DNA from: Saprolegnia diclina VS20
Taxonomy: Eukaryota
DNA: 64,000 nucleotides
Assembly (NCBI RefSeq): GCF_000281045.1
Contig: NW_008246086.1
Span: 112,513 to 176,512 of the forward strand
Direction of reading: 5' to 3'
The notes below the pieces were generated by a model. That model ran no database searches. It was not told the origin of the DNA and worked only from the letters and a program-made list of their open reading frames with translations. Both the position numbers and the translations under genes were made by a program. Below, piece after piece: positions 21,715-32,228 of this stretch (its first letter is position 1; each line of letters opens with the position of its first letter).

Positions 21715-22487
21715 CATGTCGTACAAGTCTGCAATACGATCTGACGTTATTGCTGGGACGAAGCACGTGAAACATCACCGTTCGATGTGTATTTGCCTCA
21801 AGTTCGAGCAACTCATGCTCGCACGATGTGCCACGGCGCAATAAGAACTCTGTTCGGGCGCTTGGACTCGGCATTTCGCTAATTACAATCCGCCGTCGCG
21901 TGCACGATACACGCGCAGATGCCGAAATGATATACAAAGACCCAATGTAGAGAGTAGCGTCATGGAGCTCGTGGCGTCGACGAATCGGAGGAGGATGCGA
22001 GCGTCCGTTCGTGTCTGGTCGCCGCGTCGGGTTCCTACGATAGGCTCGTGGCACCGGCAGTCCCTTCGACGGAGGACGACGCGGTTGCAGCAGCTGCTTG
22101 GATCAGGTCGACGCGTGCCTCGGAGCGACGAGGGGTCGCACACGACCAAGCGTCGTGGCGGATGTCGTATGCAATTCGATGACCCAACACACTGGATGCC
22201 GAGACAGAATTTCATCGCACTTGGCAAACACTTGGCGTTTGTATGGGCGACGTGCATCACGTCAACCAAAAGATTGTCGATCAGGCATTACAGCGGCCAC
22301 CATGATCTTAAACTTGAACTTTGTATGCGATCGCAAGGATTGATCATCCGCGATTATGACGGATCCGGCCAATCGGCGAAATCAGCTTGATTGTCAATCT
22401 CGTTGCGCCTGCCGCCGACCAATCACAGACCGGGCAGGCAGTCCCGGTCCAATCACCTTGGAGGTTGCGCCAAGGCTGGATCCAGTG

Positions 22488-22501
22488 TCATTTTGCAATT
22501 T
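22488..22501 (+). promoter_or_regulatory. Oomycete INR+FPR core promoter element
   Basis: TCATTTTGCAATTT matches the oomycete consensus (YCATTYYNCAWTTT), 17 nt before the heme oxygenase ATG; three CCAAT boxes upstream (~22369, 22419, 22449). Confidence 0.7.
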
Positions 22502-22518
22502 CCAGCGTCTTGACCAGC

Positions 22519-23886
22519 ATGACTGCGACCACGATCGAAGAGAACTGCCCAGCGTTCGACAACGGCTGCCCCTTCAAGGACGCCAAGGAGCGCGTCGCCG
22601 ACTGCACCTTCTTCGCCAAGGGCTGCCCCTTCAAGGAGACGAAGGACATGACCGCGCTCTACGATGAGCTCCAGGCGGCGATCCCGGCGTCGCACCACGA
22701 GACGGGCACGGCCGCGGCCGAGTCGGTCCTCGCCATGTTCCAGAGCATCCACACCGTGAGCCGCACCAAGAAGACCGAGGTCGGCGCCTGCCCCGTTTTT
22801 GTCACGACGTGCCCGTTCAAGACGATCACCAAGGACGGCCGCCCACTCGTGGACGAGCTCCAGATGCGCGCGTGGGGCCAATTCAACGACGACAGCAGCA
22901 GCGAGGACGAGGCGCCCCCGCGCAAGCAAGGCCACCTCGCCGAGGACCTCAAGTACGGCACGAAAAAATCACACAAGGAGGCCGAGAACGTCCACTTTAT
23001 CCGCGAGTTCATCAAGGGCCGCATCAACAAGGACGCGTACAAGACGATGGTCGCCATGTTCTACTACGTCTACGGCGAGCTCGAAGAGCAGATGCGCCGC
23101 GCCTATGCGCTCCGCGACCCGATCTTCTCGCCGCTGCACTTTCCCGACGAGCTCGAGCGCAAGAAGGCGCTCGAAGTCGACTTGGCGTACTACTATGGCC
23201 CCAACTGGGCATCGACGATGCCGGCCATGACGCCTGCGACAAAGGAGTACATTGCGCGCCTCCAGTATATTGGCACGAACGAACCGTCCATCTTGGTTGC
23301 CCACGCGTACACGCGGTACCTCGGCGACCTCTCGGGCGGTCAGATCCTCAAGAAGATTGCCATCAAGGCGCTCGGCCTCGAGAACGGCAACGGCACGGCG
23401 TTCTACGACTTTAAGAATATGACCACGACCCACAAGGTGTTCAAGAACAAGTACCGTGACGCGCTCAACAACTTGCACGTGACGCAGGCCATCTCGGACC
23501 GCTTGGTCGAGGAAGCCAACCTCGCGTTCCTTCTCAACATGAAGCTCTTTGAGGAGCTCGACGTGCTCTCGGGCTTCAACACGCCCGAGCAGCAGCAAGC
23601 CGACGCGATTCTGCGCCGCCGCCAGGCCGAGACCGCGCCCAAGGAAGTCGAGACGCGCACGGGCGGTGTGTGCCCGTTTGCCAAGATGGTTGGTCAGCCC
23701 GGCATCAAGGAGCTCGCGATGAAGTACCACGGCGATGACATGAGCGCCGACGAGTTTGATGAGCTCAAGGCCGAGTACGATGCGGCCAAGTGGGAGGCAC
23801 GCAAGAAGCTTCTGAAGCAGTACAGCGTCTCGATGCTGGTCATGGGCGCCGCCGTCGGTCTCTCGCTCTTCTTCAAGCAGCATTAA
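22519..23886 (+). CDS. Heme oxygenase (biliverdin-producing) with N-terminal Cys-Pro repeats and C-terminal TM anchor, copy 1
   Basis: TKKSHKEAEN (proximal His), HFPDELER, signature AHAYTRYLGDLSGGQ, EEANLAFLLN; hydrophobic C-terminal tail; intronless. Confidence 0.92.
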   Translation: MTATTIEENCPAFDNGCPFKDAKERVADCTFFAKGCPFKETKDMTALYDELQAAIPASHHETGTAAAESVLAMFQSIHTVSRTKKTEVGACPVFVTTCPFKTITKDGRPLVDELQMRAWGQFNDDSSSEDEAPPRKQGHLAEDLKYGTKKSHKEAENVHFIREFIKGRINKDAYKTMVAMFYYVYGELEEQMRRAYALRDPIFSPLHFPDELERKKALEVDLAYYYGPNWASTMPAMTPATKEYIARLQYIGTNEPSILVAHAYTRYLGDLSGGQILKKIAIKALGLENGNGTAFYDFKNMTTTHKVFKNKYRDALNNLHVTQAISDRLVEEANLAFLLNMKLFEELDVLSGFNTPEQQQADAILRRRQAETAPKEVETRTGGVCPFAKMVGQPGIKELAMKYHGDDMSADEFDELKAEYDAAKWEARKKLLKQYSVSMLVMGAAVGLSLFFKQH

Positions 23887-24145
23887 GGCTTAGGGCTAGG
23901 GCTTTCAACTACTATTTACATCCTTAATCGACGATGAACATCAAATCTCCACGTGAACAGACAATCGTGTGCATCGCTAGTAGACATGACCTCGATCACG
24001 ACAACGAGACCGAAGCGTCCTATCTGACGTGATACGTTTGGCGACCAGTTCAAGCTCGGTAGCTGATGGTAGTGTCTGCAACAAATGAGGGTATTGGAAA
24101 AATGAATCCAAAATTGTTACCAGTGGCAGCTATGACCTAGGGCTA

Positions 24146-25046
24146 TTACTTGGCCGTGTGGGCCGTCGTGTACGGCAGGATGGCGCCAATGCGCTGGACG
24201 CGCAACGTCTTCTTGCTGCGCGAGAGCTCGTGCGCGCAGGCAAACTGAATCCACACAAACGTGCCGGTCCCCGAGAGGAGGTGCCACAAGGCATGGAGCT
24301 GCAATGGCTTGACAGTCGCGCAAAAGTGCTGGTCGAGCAGCCAAAGGCCAAATGCAGCCACGTACAAGACCGCGCCGAGCTGCAACAAGCGCGTGTGCCC
24401 GACATCTTCGTGGTTGACGTTGAACAAAAGGCTACGCGCAAGAAGCGCGGCCACCTACGCAGCAGTCGTATGTTAGCGTCGTCGCCTTGTGCTCTTCTTT
24501 ATGACGTACGAGCGTGCCGTAGGCAACGCGGAAGGGCATGGGCGACTCGGGGAAGAAGGCCATCATGAGCGTGAGCCCGATTGCAAACGCGATAAGGACC
24601 CACTTCGTGATCGGGTTGTGCCGGAGGCTAATGTAGTGAAAGTAGAGCGTGCCGTACATCATGGGGAGTTCGTCGAGCATTTGGCCCACAAACGACAAGG
24701 TCGAGTGAAAGGCAAACGAGCCGGCAAAGACAATGACGGGCACGAGGTACGCGATGCGGATCGAGGTTGGCTGCGCGCTGTCGGCGTACGCCTGGCGCGA
24801 CTTGTACATGGCGTAAAGCGCCAAGGCGAGCGGCGGCACGTTGCTACACATTAGAAATGATTGGGCCATGGTGTCAACGCGGCGGCCAACCTCCACGAGT
24901 TCCACCACTCGGCAATGTAGAAGGACCACACGTAGTTGTCTTCGCACCTAGTACAGACTGAGGTCGTCGCGTCACGCGTATGATGCAACGGACCAGTCGA
25001 CGCTGCTCGTCGGCGCGCCCCAGTAGCCCATCTCGGTCGTCGCCAT
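24146..25046 (-). CDS. Alkaline ceramidase, copy 2
   Basis: MATTEMGYWGAPTSSVDW|CEDNYVWSFYIAEWWNSW|SNVPP..GSFAFHSTL..LDELPM..LHALWH; same intron positions as copy 1. Confidence 0.9.
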
Positions 25047-25356
25047 GCTCGGATCTGCCTGATGACGAAATGAGAAAAAAGGCAAAGTGCAAAAAACGGC
25101 GTTATTAATAGCCGGTGCAGCCATCATGCGATGGAGCTTCAACCTGCCGTCTCGCGTCATCAAGCGACCTGTAGGCGCCAAGGGAATACTGTATGAGACT
25201 CTGTACGGCTACCGACTCCATAGCGCCGACCGTAAACCTTCGTACTACTCGTACTCTCATTTATAACAAAAACAGGATCAGCTCATATTTAGGCTAGGGA
25301 CACGTTTTAGCGCCAATTCCGCTTCTTCCAGAGCGACGGCCTCAGCGAATGTGACT

Positions 25357-26109
25357 TTAAACAGCGTGGTACACGTCCTCCGCCTCGGTCCAGTGGGACG
25401 GCGCACTCGATCGGACGCAGTAGGGCAAGATGCACGCAACCTTGCGGACGCGAAGACGCCCTTCGTGCATGCTCAACTCGTACGCGCACGCAAACTGAAT
25501 CCACACAAACGTCCCGGCCCCCGAGAGGAGATGCCAGATCGCGTGCAAGTGCAGCGGCTTGGCCGACGGAAAAAACAATTGGTCGGCGATCCAGAGTACA
25601 AACCCTCCCGCGTACAAAAGCGCGCCGAGCTGCAAGAGCCGCGTCTCGCTCACGTCCTTGTGCCGGCGGTGCAGGACGATGCTTCGCACGACGAGCGCGA
25701 CTGTCTACCCATCCAATGCATCAGTGGATGCAATACTGAGACTGACGATGGACCAGAAAGCCGCAGGCAAATTGGAACGCGAGAGGAGCGTGGCCGACGA
25801 TGGAGAGAGCGATCGTGAGGCCGACGGCAAAGGCGATGAGCACCCACTTCATCGTTGGATGGTACCGGAGGCTGATGTAGTGAAAGAAGAGGGTTCCGTA
25901 CATCATGGGGAGCTCGTCAAGGAGCTGGCCTGCGTACGTGAGCGTCGAGTGGAAGGCGAACGAGCCGGAAAAGATGACCAGAGGTACAATGTAGGCGAAG
26001 CGAATGATCGCTGGCTGTGCGTCGTTGGCGTACGCGAGGCGCGACTTGTAGAGGGCGTAGAGTGCAAGCAGCAGCGGCGGAACGTTGCTAGAGGTAGATG
26101 GATTCGAGA
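25357..26109 (-). pseudogene. 5'-truncated alkaline ceramidase, near-identical inverted copy of 20932-21640
   Basis: Similarity to copy 1, including intron sequence, stops abruptly inside intron 2; exons with GYWG and CEDNY are absent; substitutions Y>C (FACGF) and C>F (DQLFFP). Confidence 0.75.
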
Positions 26110-27575
26110 GATTGGCAATTTTCCCTGTACTAATCAGCACAATTTGTGCAGCCTCCTGTTGCAACACGTGGGGTCGGCAACACATATGTATGGGCAGTCC
26201 ACAGCCTGTCGAGAATATGCTGCAAACTACAGTCCCAAGTGTTGTGCGATACTACATGTGTCAAGTGCGTGCGCTACAGCCACCGCGTTGGCGCACACTA
26301 GTCGGACATCCCACGAAGACTTGCAAGCACCTTTCCCCTGGGACGAAGCTCTGGGACGAGTGACACAGGACAGCACCCACGGTCGAGAAACATCTGCTAT
26401 GGACCGTCGAGAAAGTGTCGAGAATATATCCCGTGAACTGTACACTGTACCCCTCATCTTGCAGGTAGTAATTTCATAATAACTTAGCAATCGTTTGGAA
26501 TACGCTCAAGCGATGTACGCTTGCATTGTCCAGGCTTGGCTTGACCTATCCAGAGATAACCTTATGTACAATCCACTCACCACAACGGACAATCCTAAAG
26601 ACCCTACACACCACCATTTTACCAGCAAGTCTGTTGGGTGCCGTGCGGCGACGCCCAACGTCTGTTGTTGTGCTGGATGCGTGGTGTGATTGTCTAACAA
26701 TTCGAATTTCTTTGCTATTAAAAACGCGCCAGAACCCCCTGTGCCAGCATTGGACGGTGCAATTTCCTTTCTGAAAAAGAAACCCAATACCGTACAGTCC
26801 CTGGTGTCAGTGCCAGTACCAATTGGGAGCGGTCTCAGTCCATACATGTACCGGTACAGTACATATTTGTCTTGCAGAGTCCGGGGATTCGGTCCTTCTT
26901 GATAGATTGCTGGAGGAAGAATGCATCGAACGGAGCGATGTACACCCCTCTCAAAGCGACAACGTGACCTAGAAGCGAGCCTGCCAGCCTTTTTCACTCA
27001 GCTCTGAGACAGACTCGATCGTTTTCGAATCGCGCACGGTTTGTATGCCAGGCTACTCCCGACCCGACGATCGAACAACAGCTTGGCTACGTCCCATGGC
27101 CGATCTGCTTCTGCCAATGACGAACGACGAATGATAGATGGGAGGGTATGCGGCCGTCTGCGTGTCTTTTCAAGCATTCGATGGTGCGCAGCAATTGTTG
27201 TCTCGAGACAGCCTGCGAAACTCCCTCTCCTCTTGCGGCTTCAAGTCCCTTCAAGCGCGCCCGATCCTCCCGCTTCGACACCAAACCAAAGGTCGACGAA
27301 GCTTACACTCGAACTTTCTTTCTCGACAAAAGCATTCCTCGTCGACGATAAGCGACCTACTAGGAGACACTGGCTGTCGTCGGCCGAGCAGCTTCAACAC
27401 GTTTTTTTGGGGGCGCGTGTTTTTCCCGCCACGTTCTCGGCCCGACACCCAACTTGCGACAATGCACCAATCACGGGGCGCGCAGCCAGAATGCAGCCAA
27501 TCAGCGTGCGCGCGTCACACCGACGACCATGCTCTCGACTGCATTTTCGCACTCGCTCTGCGCCGGGACAGCAGC

Positions 27576-28980
27576 ATGCCCAGCCTCGCCGCCATGGACG
27601 CACCGCCCCTCGAGCCCAAGACGTTCCACGATGGGGACGCCTCGGCGATGGCTGGTAGACGCATCCTCCTAATTGACTGCGTAGCTCATGGACGCGGCCC
27701 TCTGTAGGTACTACGCTCGCCGACCCGTCGGCGCCCGAGGCGCACTACGCCGAGGACAACCCCTGTAAACCTCAACCATCGTGACGACTAGTAGGCTCAT
27801 CAATGCACGATATATAGTGGCGACGCAGATGACGGACCTCTTCAAGCTCATCCACGAAGTGAGCTTGACCAAGCGGCAGGAAGTCGACCCGGCGCTCGTG
27901 ACAAAATGCCACAAGACGGGCGTGACGCCGCAGGACCGGCCGCTCGGCGCCGAGCTCGAGCTGCGAACCTGGGGTCTCTTTGAGGACGAGGCTGTCGTCG
28001 CGCCACCGACGCCGGCGAAGACGCCGACGGTCAACCTCGCCAAGGACCTCAAGTACGGCACGAAAAAATCGCATCGGGAAGCCGAGAACGTCCACTACAT
28101 TCGCGAATTCCTCAAAGGCCGCGTGAACCGGGATGCGTACAAGTGTATGCTGGCCATGTACTACTACATTTACACCGAGCTCGAAGAGATGATGCGGGCC
28201 GCGTTCGAAGCGCACGACCCGATCTACAGCCCGTTGCACTTTCCGACCGAGCTCAACCGCGTGAGCGCGCTTGCAGAGGACCTCGCCTTCTTCTTTGGCC
28301 CGAACTGGGCCAAGGTCATGCCGCCGCCGACGCGGGCGACGAAGGAGTATCTCGCGCGCCTCCACTACATTGGCACGAGCGAACCGTCCATCTTGGTGGC
28401 CCATGCGTACACGCGGTACCTCGGCGACCTCTCGGGCGGCCAAGTGCTCAAGCGCATTGCCATCAAGTCTATGGACCTCCACGACGGGCTCGGCACGGCG
28501 TTCTACGACTTCAACAACATGAAGATCAAGCACAAGGTGTTCAAGGACAAGTACCGCTCGATCCTCGACACTCTCGACGTGAGCCAAGAGGTCTCGGACC
28601 GCTTGGTCGAGGAAGCCAACCTCGCGTTCCTTCTCAACATGAAGCTCTTTGAGGAGCTCGACATCATTTCCGGCTACAGTACGCTCGAGAAGCAGCAGGC
28701 GGAAGCGGTCTTGCGCCGACGCGAAGCCGAGGCCCTCGCGACGCCGACCGACGTTCCGAAGAGCGCGTGCCCATTTGCCAAGCTCATTGGCCAGCCCGGT
28801 ATCCGCGAGCTCGCAATGAAGTACCACGGCGACGACTTTACGCCCGAAGAGTTTGCGACGCTCCAGGCCGAGTACGATGCGATCCAGGCCGCGTCGAGAA
28901 GGAAGTTCATTGCGCAGTGCGGCTACACGCTCCTCGCGGTCGGCGCGACGGTCGCCGTGTCGCTGCTCCGAAAACGGTAG
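27576..28980 (+). CDS. Heme oxygenase, copy 2 (N-terminal CP repeats absent; two small 5' introns)
   Basis: TKKSHREAEN, AHAYTRYLGDLSGGQ, EEANLAFLLN, C-terminal CPF and TM; 5' exons MPSLAAMD..|GTTLADP..| inferred from GT-AG sites (start less certain). Confidence 0.88.
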
Positions 28981-29121
28981 AGCCATAGTCGTAGTCGTAG
29001 TAGTCGTAGGATAGGATGTTATTAGATGGGACGCTGACGAAGTCAACTCGGTTGTGGTGTACGTTCGTTGTCCGTGGCGTGAAGTACCGTCGAGTGGAAT
29101 AGCAAATGAGGCTACGATGGA

Positions 29122-29977
29122 CTACAGCGACGGCGAGTGCTTGAGAAGGTCGAGGATCGTGGCGAGCTGCGCGTCGTGGGCGAGCGCTTTCGCGGCCGAG
29201 AGCGCAGCGTCCTCTTCTCGCTGCTGGGCTACGCTACGCTCGAACGACGTCTGCCATGCCTGCATGGCGGCCACCTGCGCTTCGAGATCGTGCACGCGCC
29301 TACGATGCAGTCATCATCAGAAAGGGCTACGACTTCAAGGAGATGTACTGAAGCAAGTCGGTATATGTTGGCTGCGCCGGCACGGCCGTCGGGGTTGGTG
29401 GCGGTGCGATAAAGTGTGTGAACGCAGCGTCGTGGCCTGCCACCTCATCGAGGGCATCGTCTTTGGGAAGATCGTCGGGCGTGAGCATCGGTGGCTCGGG
29501 CGGCTTGGTCTTCTCAAAGAGCGCATCGAGGCTCGACTGCGTCTGGAGGCTTGCAACGTGGTAGCGCTGCCGAAAGTTGTCCATCCAGCCATTCGACGCC
29601 TTGAAGTCGGCGATCGAGAGCTCGTTCGCGAGGCGCAGCGCCTTCTCGCGGAGCATTGAGCCCGTCACGAGCACGTTCCGACCGGTCGCTTCTTGGTACC
29701 ACTTGTAGACAAGCGAGCTCAAGAGCGCGTTCGTGTCGGTGCGAAACTTGCGCTTCCGAGCTGCATCGTCGTCCGTGGCCTTGGCCATCGTGATGTACTC
29801 GTGCTTCCGCTTCAAGATACGGCTCACGGTCGCGCTCGAGACGCCAAACTGCTTGGCGAGCTTCGAGTTGGTCGCGTGACCGCGGCTGGCTTGCGCGATG
29901 AGCACGGCCTTCTCGTGCACGCTGAGCTCCTTGGCCGGCTTCTTGATCTTGGCGGCCGGAGGCTCGTCGCTGCCCAT
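29122..29977 (-). CDS. CENP-B/Tc5 (pogo/Tigger-derived) double-HTH DNA-binding protein lacking a DDE domain, with C-terminal coiled coil
   Basis: LAKQFGVSSATVSRILKRK (HTH psq-like), LVYKWY..VTGSMLREKA..FKASNGWMDNFRQRY (HTH CENPB); one intron ~29300-29330. Confidence 0.85.
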
Positions 29978-30308
29978 GGCTTGTATCACAATAATGTGCC
30001 GGATATCATGCAAGCGCGGCCATCCGGATACGGTGCAACGCGATCTTGCCGCCAAAAGCTGCTTCAAGCTCCGTTCGGCACCAAGCAGCATCCAGGTAAG
30101 CCCTTGCCGCCCGCGGCCTCTCTTATCACTCTTGGCACTCACTTGCACTCGGGCGCATGCGCCTGCTTCATCACAGCGGATAGAACACCCTATCTGGGCT
30201 TTCCATTTTCACACTATTTCACACATACTTCGAATAGTATAGACACACTATATGCAACCCAATCGATGGATCATTTCGCGAAAGGTCACGGGTCGGGCGA
30301 GGCGCAGC

Positions 30309-31013
30309 ATGGCCGACGGCGCGGTGCGTTGGTCAATGGCCGGATCCAGCCGGCTTAAGGCAATGGCATTTGCATAGGAGTACACGGTCGAGTACCTCGA
30401 CGAGAACCCGGAGGAGCTCAAGTGGCTCAGCCGCCCCGGCAAGGTCAAGATCACGTACGCGAACGGCGACACGTTTGAGGGCGACGTGAACGCAGCGCGT
30501 CTCAAGCACGGACCCGGCAAGTACATTTGGACCGAGCGCGTCGACGACGAGGTCAAGGAGATTGCTTGGTACGAAGGCGACTACGTCGATGGCAAGAAAC
30601 ACGGGCTCGGGAAGATGCAATTCCCGAACGGCGACGTCTACCACGGGCAGTGGGCCAACGACATCATTGACGGCCAAGGCACGCTCATGTACAAGAACGG
30701 CGACATCTTTAGCGGAACGTACATTGCGGGGATCAAAGAGGGCAACGGGACGTACGAGTACGCCGCCGACAAGAGCCAACTCGTGGGCACGTGGGTTCAA
30801 AACACCATCATCGAGGGCAAGTGGCTCTTCAAGGACGGCGGCTACTACACTGGTCACTTTGAGAACGCGATGCCGATCGGCCAGTGCATCATGCAGCTGC
30901 CGAATGGTCTCAAGCAAGAAGGTGTGTACGCCAAGGTGGAGGGCGTCAACGCGGCCGGCGATGCGGTGCTCCTCCCGACCTGGAAGGGCGAGGCGATCAC
31001 CAAGGTCTTTTAA
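30309..31013 (+). CDS. MORN-repeat protein (radial spoke head 1-like)
   Basis: Repeated YxGxWxxG..HGxG MORN units; short first exon MADGA spliced to EYTVEY. Confidence 0.85.
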
Positions 31014-31065
31014 ACCCGAGACTTGCATGTATATAATGATATATGACGACGACGACGACAGCGTC

Positions 31066-31776
31066 TTACTGAATGTACGCCTTGAGGAAGCGGCGGTGAA
31101 AGTCATTGCGGATCGTGTCGTTGATGAAGCGCTTCTTGAGCTCCGGTTCGTTCCGCGACTGGTTCTTGAAGACCACGTCGTCGTTCCACTTGCGCTTGAT
31201 GGTCGCGCTGCCGGTTGGCGCCTGCGCGCTCGTGAGGGGGTTGCCCATGAGGACTTCGTCCTTGGCGCGCTTCTCTTCTTCGTCGCGCTCGGCTTGCTCC
31301 TTGCGCAGCCGCTCTTCTTCGCGTTCTTTTTTGATTTTCTCGAGTTCGCGCATGAGCTCGGCCTCCTCGTCGTCCGAGTCGTCGTCGTCGCTCTCGCTGT
31401 CGCTTTCGCTGTCGCCAACGTCGTCGTCTGCATCGTCGTACTTGGTTTGCACGTCTCTCGCCCTGTCTTCCCACTCGTCGCCTTTTAATAAGAGCGTCTT
31501 GTTGTCTTTGAGCCGCATGATCTTTTGCTGCGCAAAGTCGACTTCCTTGAGCTTGTCCTCTTCGTACTTGCGCTCGCGGTCCGTGAGCTCGCCGATGAGG
31601 TCGCGCTCCGAGAGCTCGCCAGCCGTGCCTTGGCCCAGCTGCCGCGTCTTGAGCTTCGTGTGCCCCGGGAGGTCGCGCGCCGAGAACTGCATGCTGATCT
31701 GGCCACCCGAGTTCCATCCGCCCTCGTTCTTCTTGCCCATGGCAGCATTGAACGTCGGGCGAGCGGCCGTCGTCAT
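31066..31776 (-). CDS. CWC15: Spliceosome-associated protein Cwc15/Cwf15
   Basis: MTTAARPTF..G, RDLPGHTKLKTR, ELEKIKKER, KRKWNDDVVFKNQ, FINDTIRNDFHRRFL. Confidence 0.95.
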   Translation of the reverse strand: MTTAARPTFNAAMGKKNEGGWNSGGQISMQFSARDLPGHTKLKTRQLGQGTAGELSERDLIGELTDRERKYEEDKLKEVDFAQQKIMRLKDNKTLLLKGDEWEDRARDVQTKYDDADDDVGDSESDSESDDDDSDDEEAELMRELEKIKKEREEERLRKEQAERDEEEKRAKDEVLMGNPLTSAQAPTGSATIKRKWNDDVVFKNQSRNEPELKKRFINDTIRNDFHRRFLKAYIQ

Positions 31777-32228
31777 CCTTGGTCGTTGGCTTCCGCTAAA
31801 TTCCAAGTGGCTTGGCGCTCCAGCTGGTTCGGAGCGCACCGAACTGCATACAAAAACCAAGGTATTTCCACGAGCGCTCCGGGGCGCCCTCTAAATATCG
31901 AGTTTCAAAGGTATAAAAGAAAACAGGTTTTAGGGTTTGCTCGGATGATCCGGTCGGCCATACAAATACCCAATGTTGTGGCAACAAGCTGTGGCGTCGG
32001 CTGCACCCGGACGCTTGCACTTGCATAGGCAAGTCCCCATGCAGGAGACGGAGAAATGCAGAGCGCTGTACTCGGCGCTCGGTCGTGGCGACTCGCAGCC
32101 AGGCAAGATCGACTAAAACCATGGAACTTGGAGTAAAACGTAAGTTAAACTGCGTTTGAGATGGTGATTGGCTGAAATCCCTTAGCGTGGGCACCTCATA
32201 CTTTTGCACCTCCGACCGACCAGGACGC

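Noticed and set aside
23890..23904. TTAGGGCTAGGGCT telomere-like words after HO1 (similar words near 25288 and 48975-49006)
   Set aside because: Only 1-2 degenerate units; not an interstitial telomeric array.
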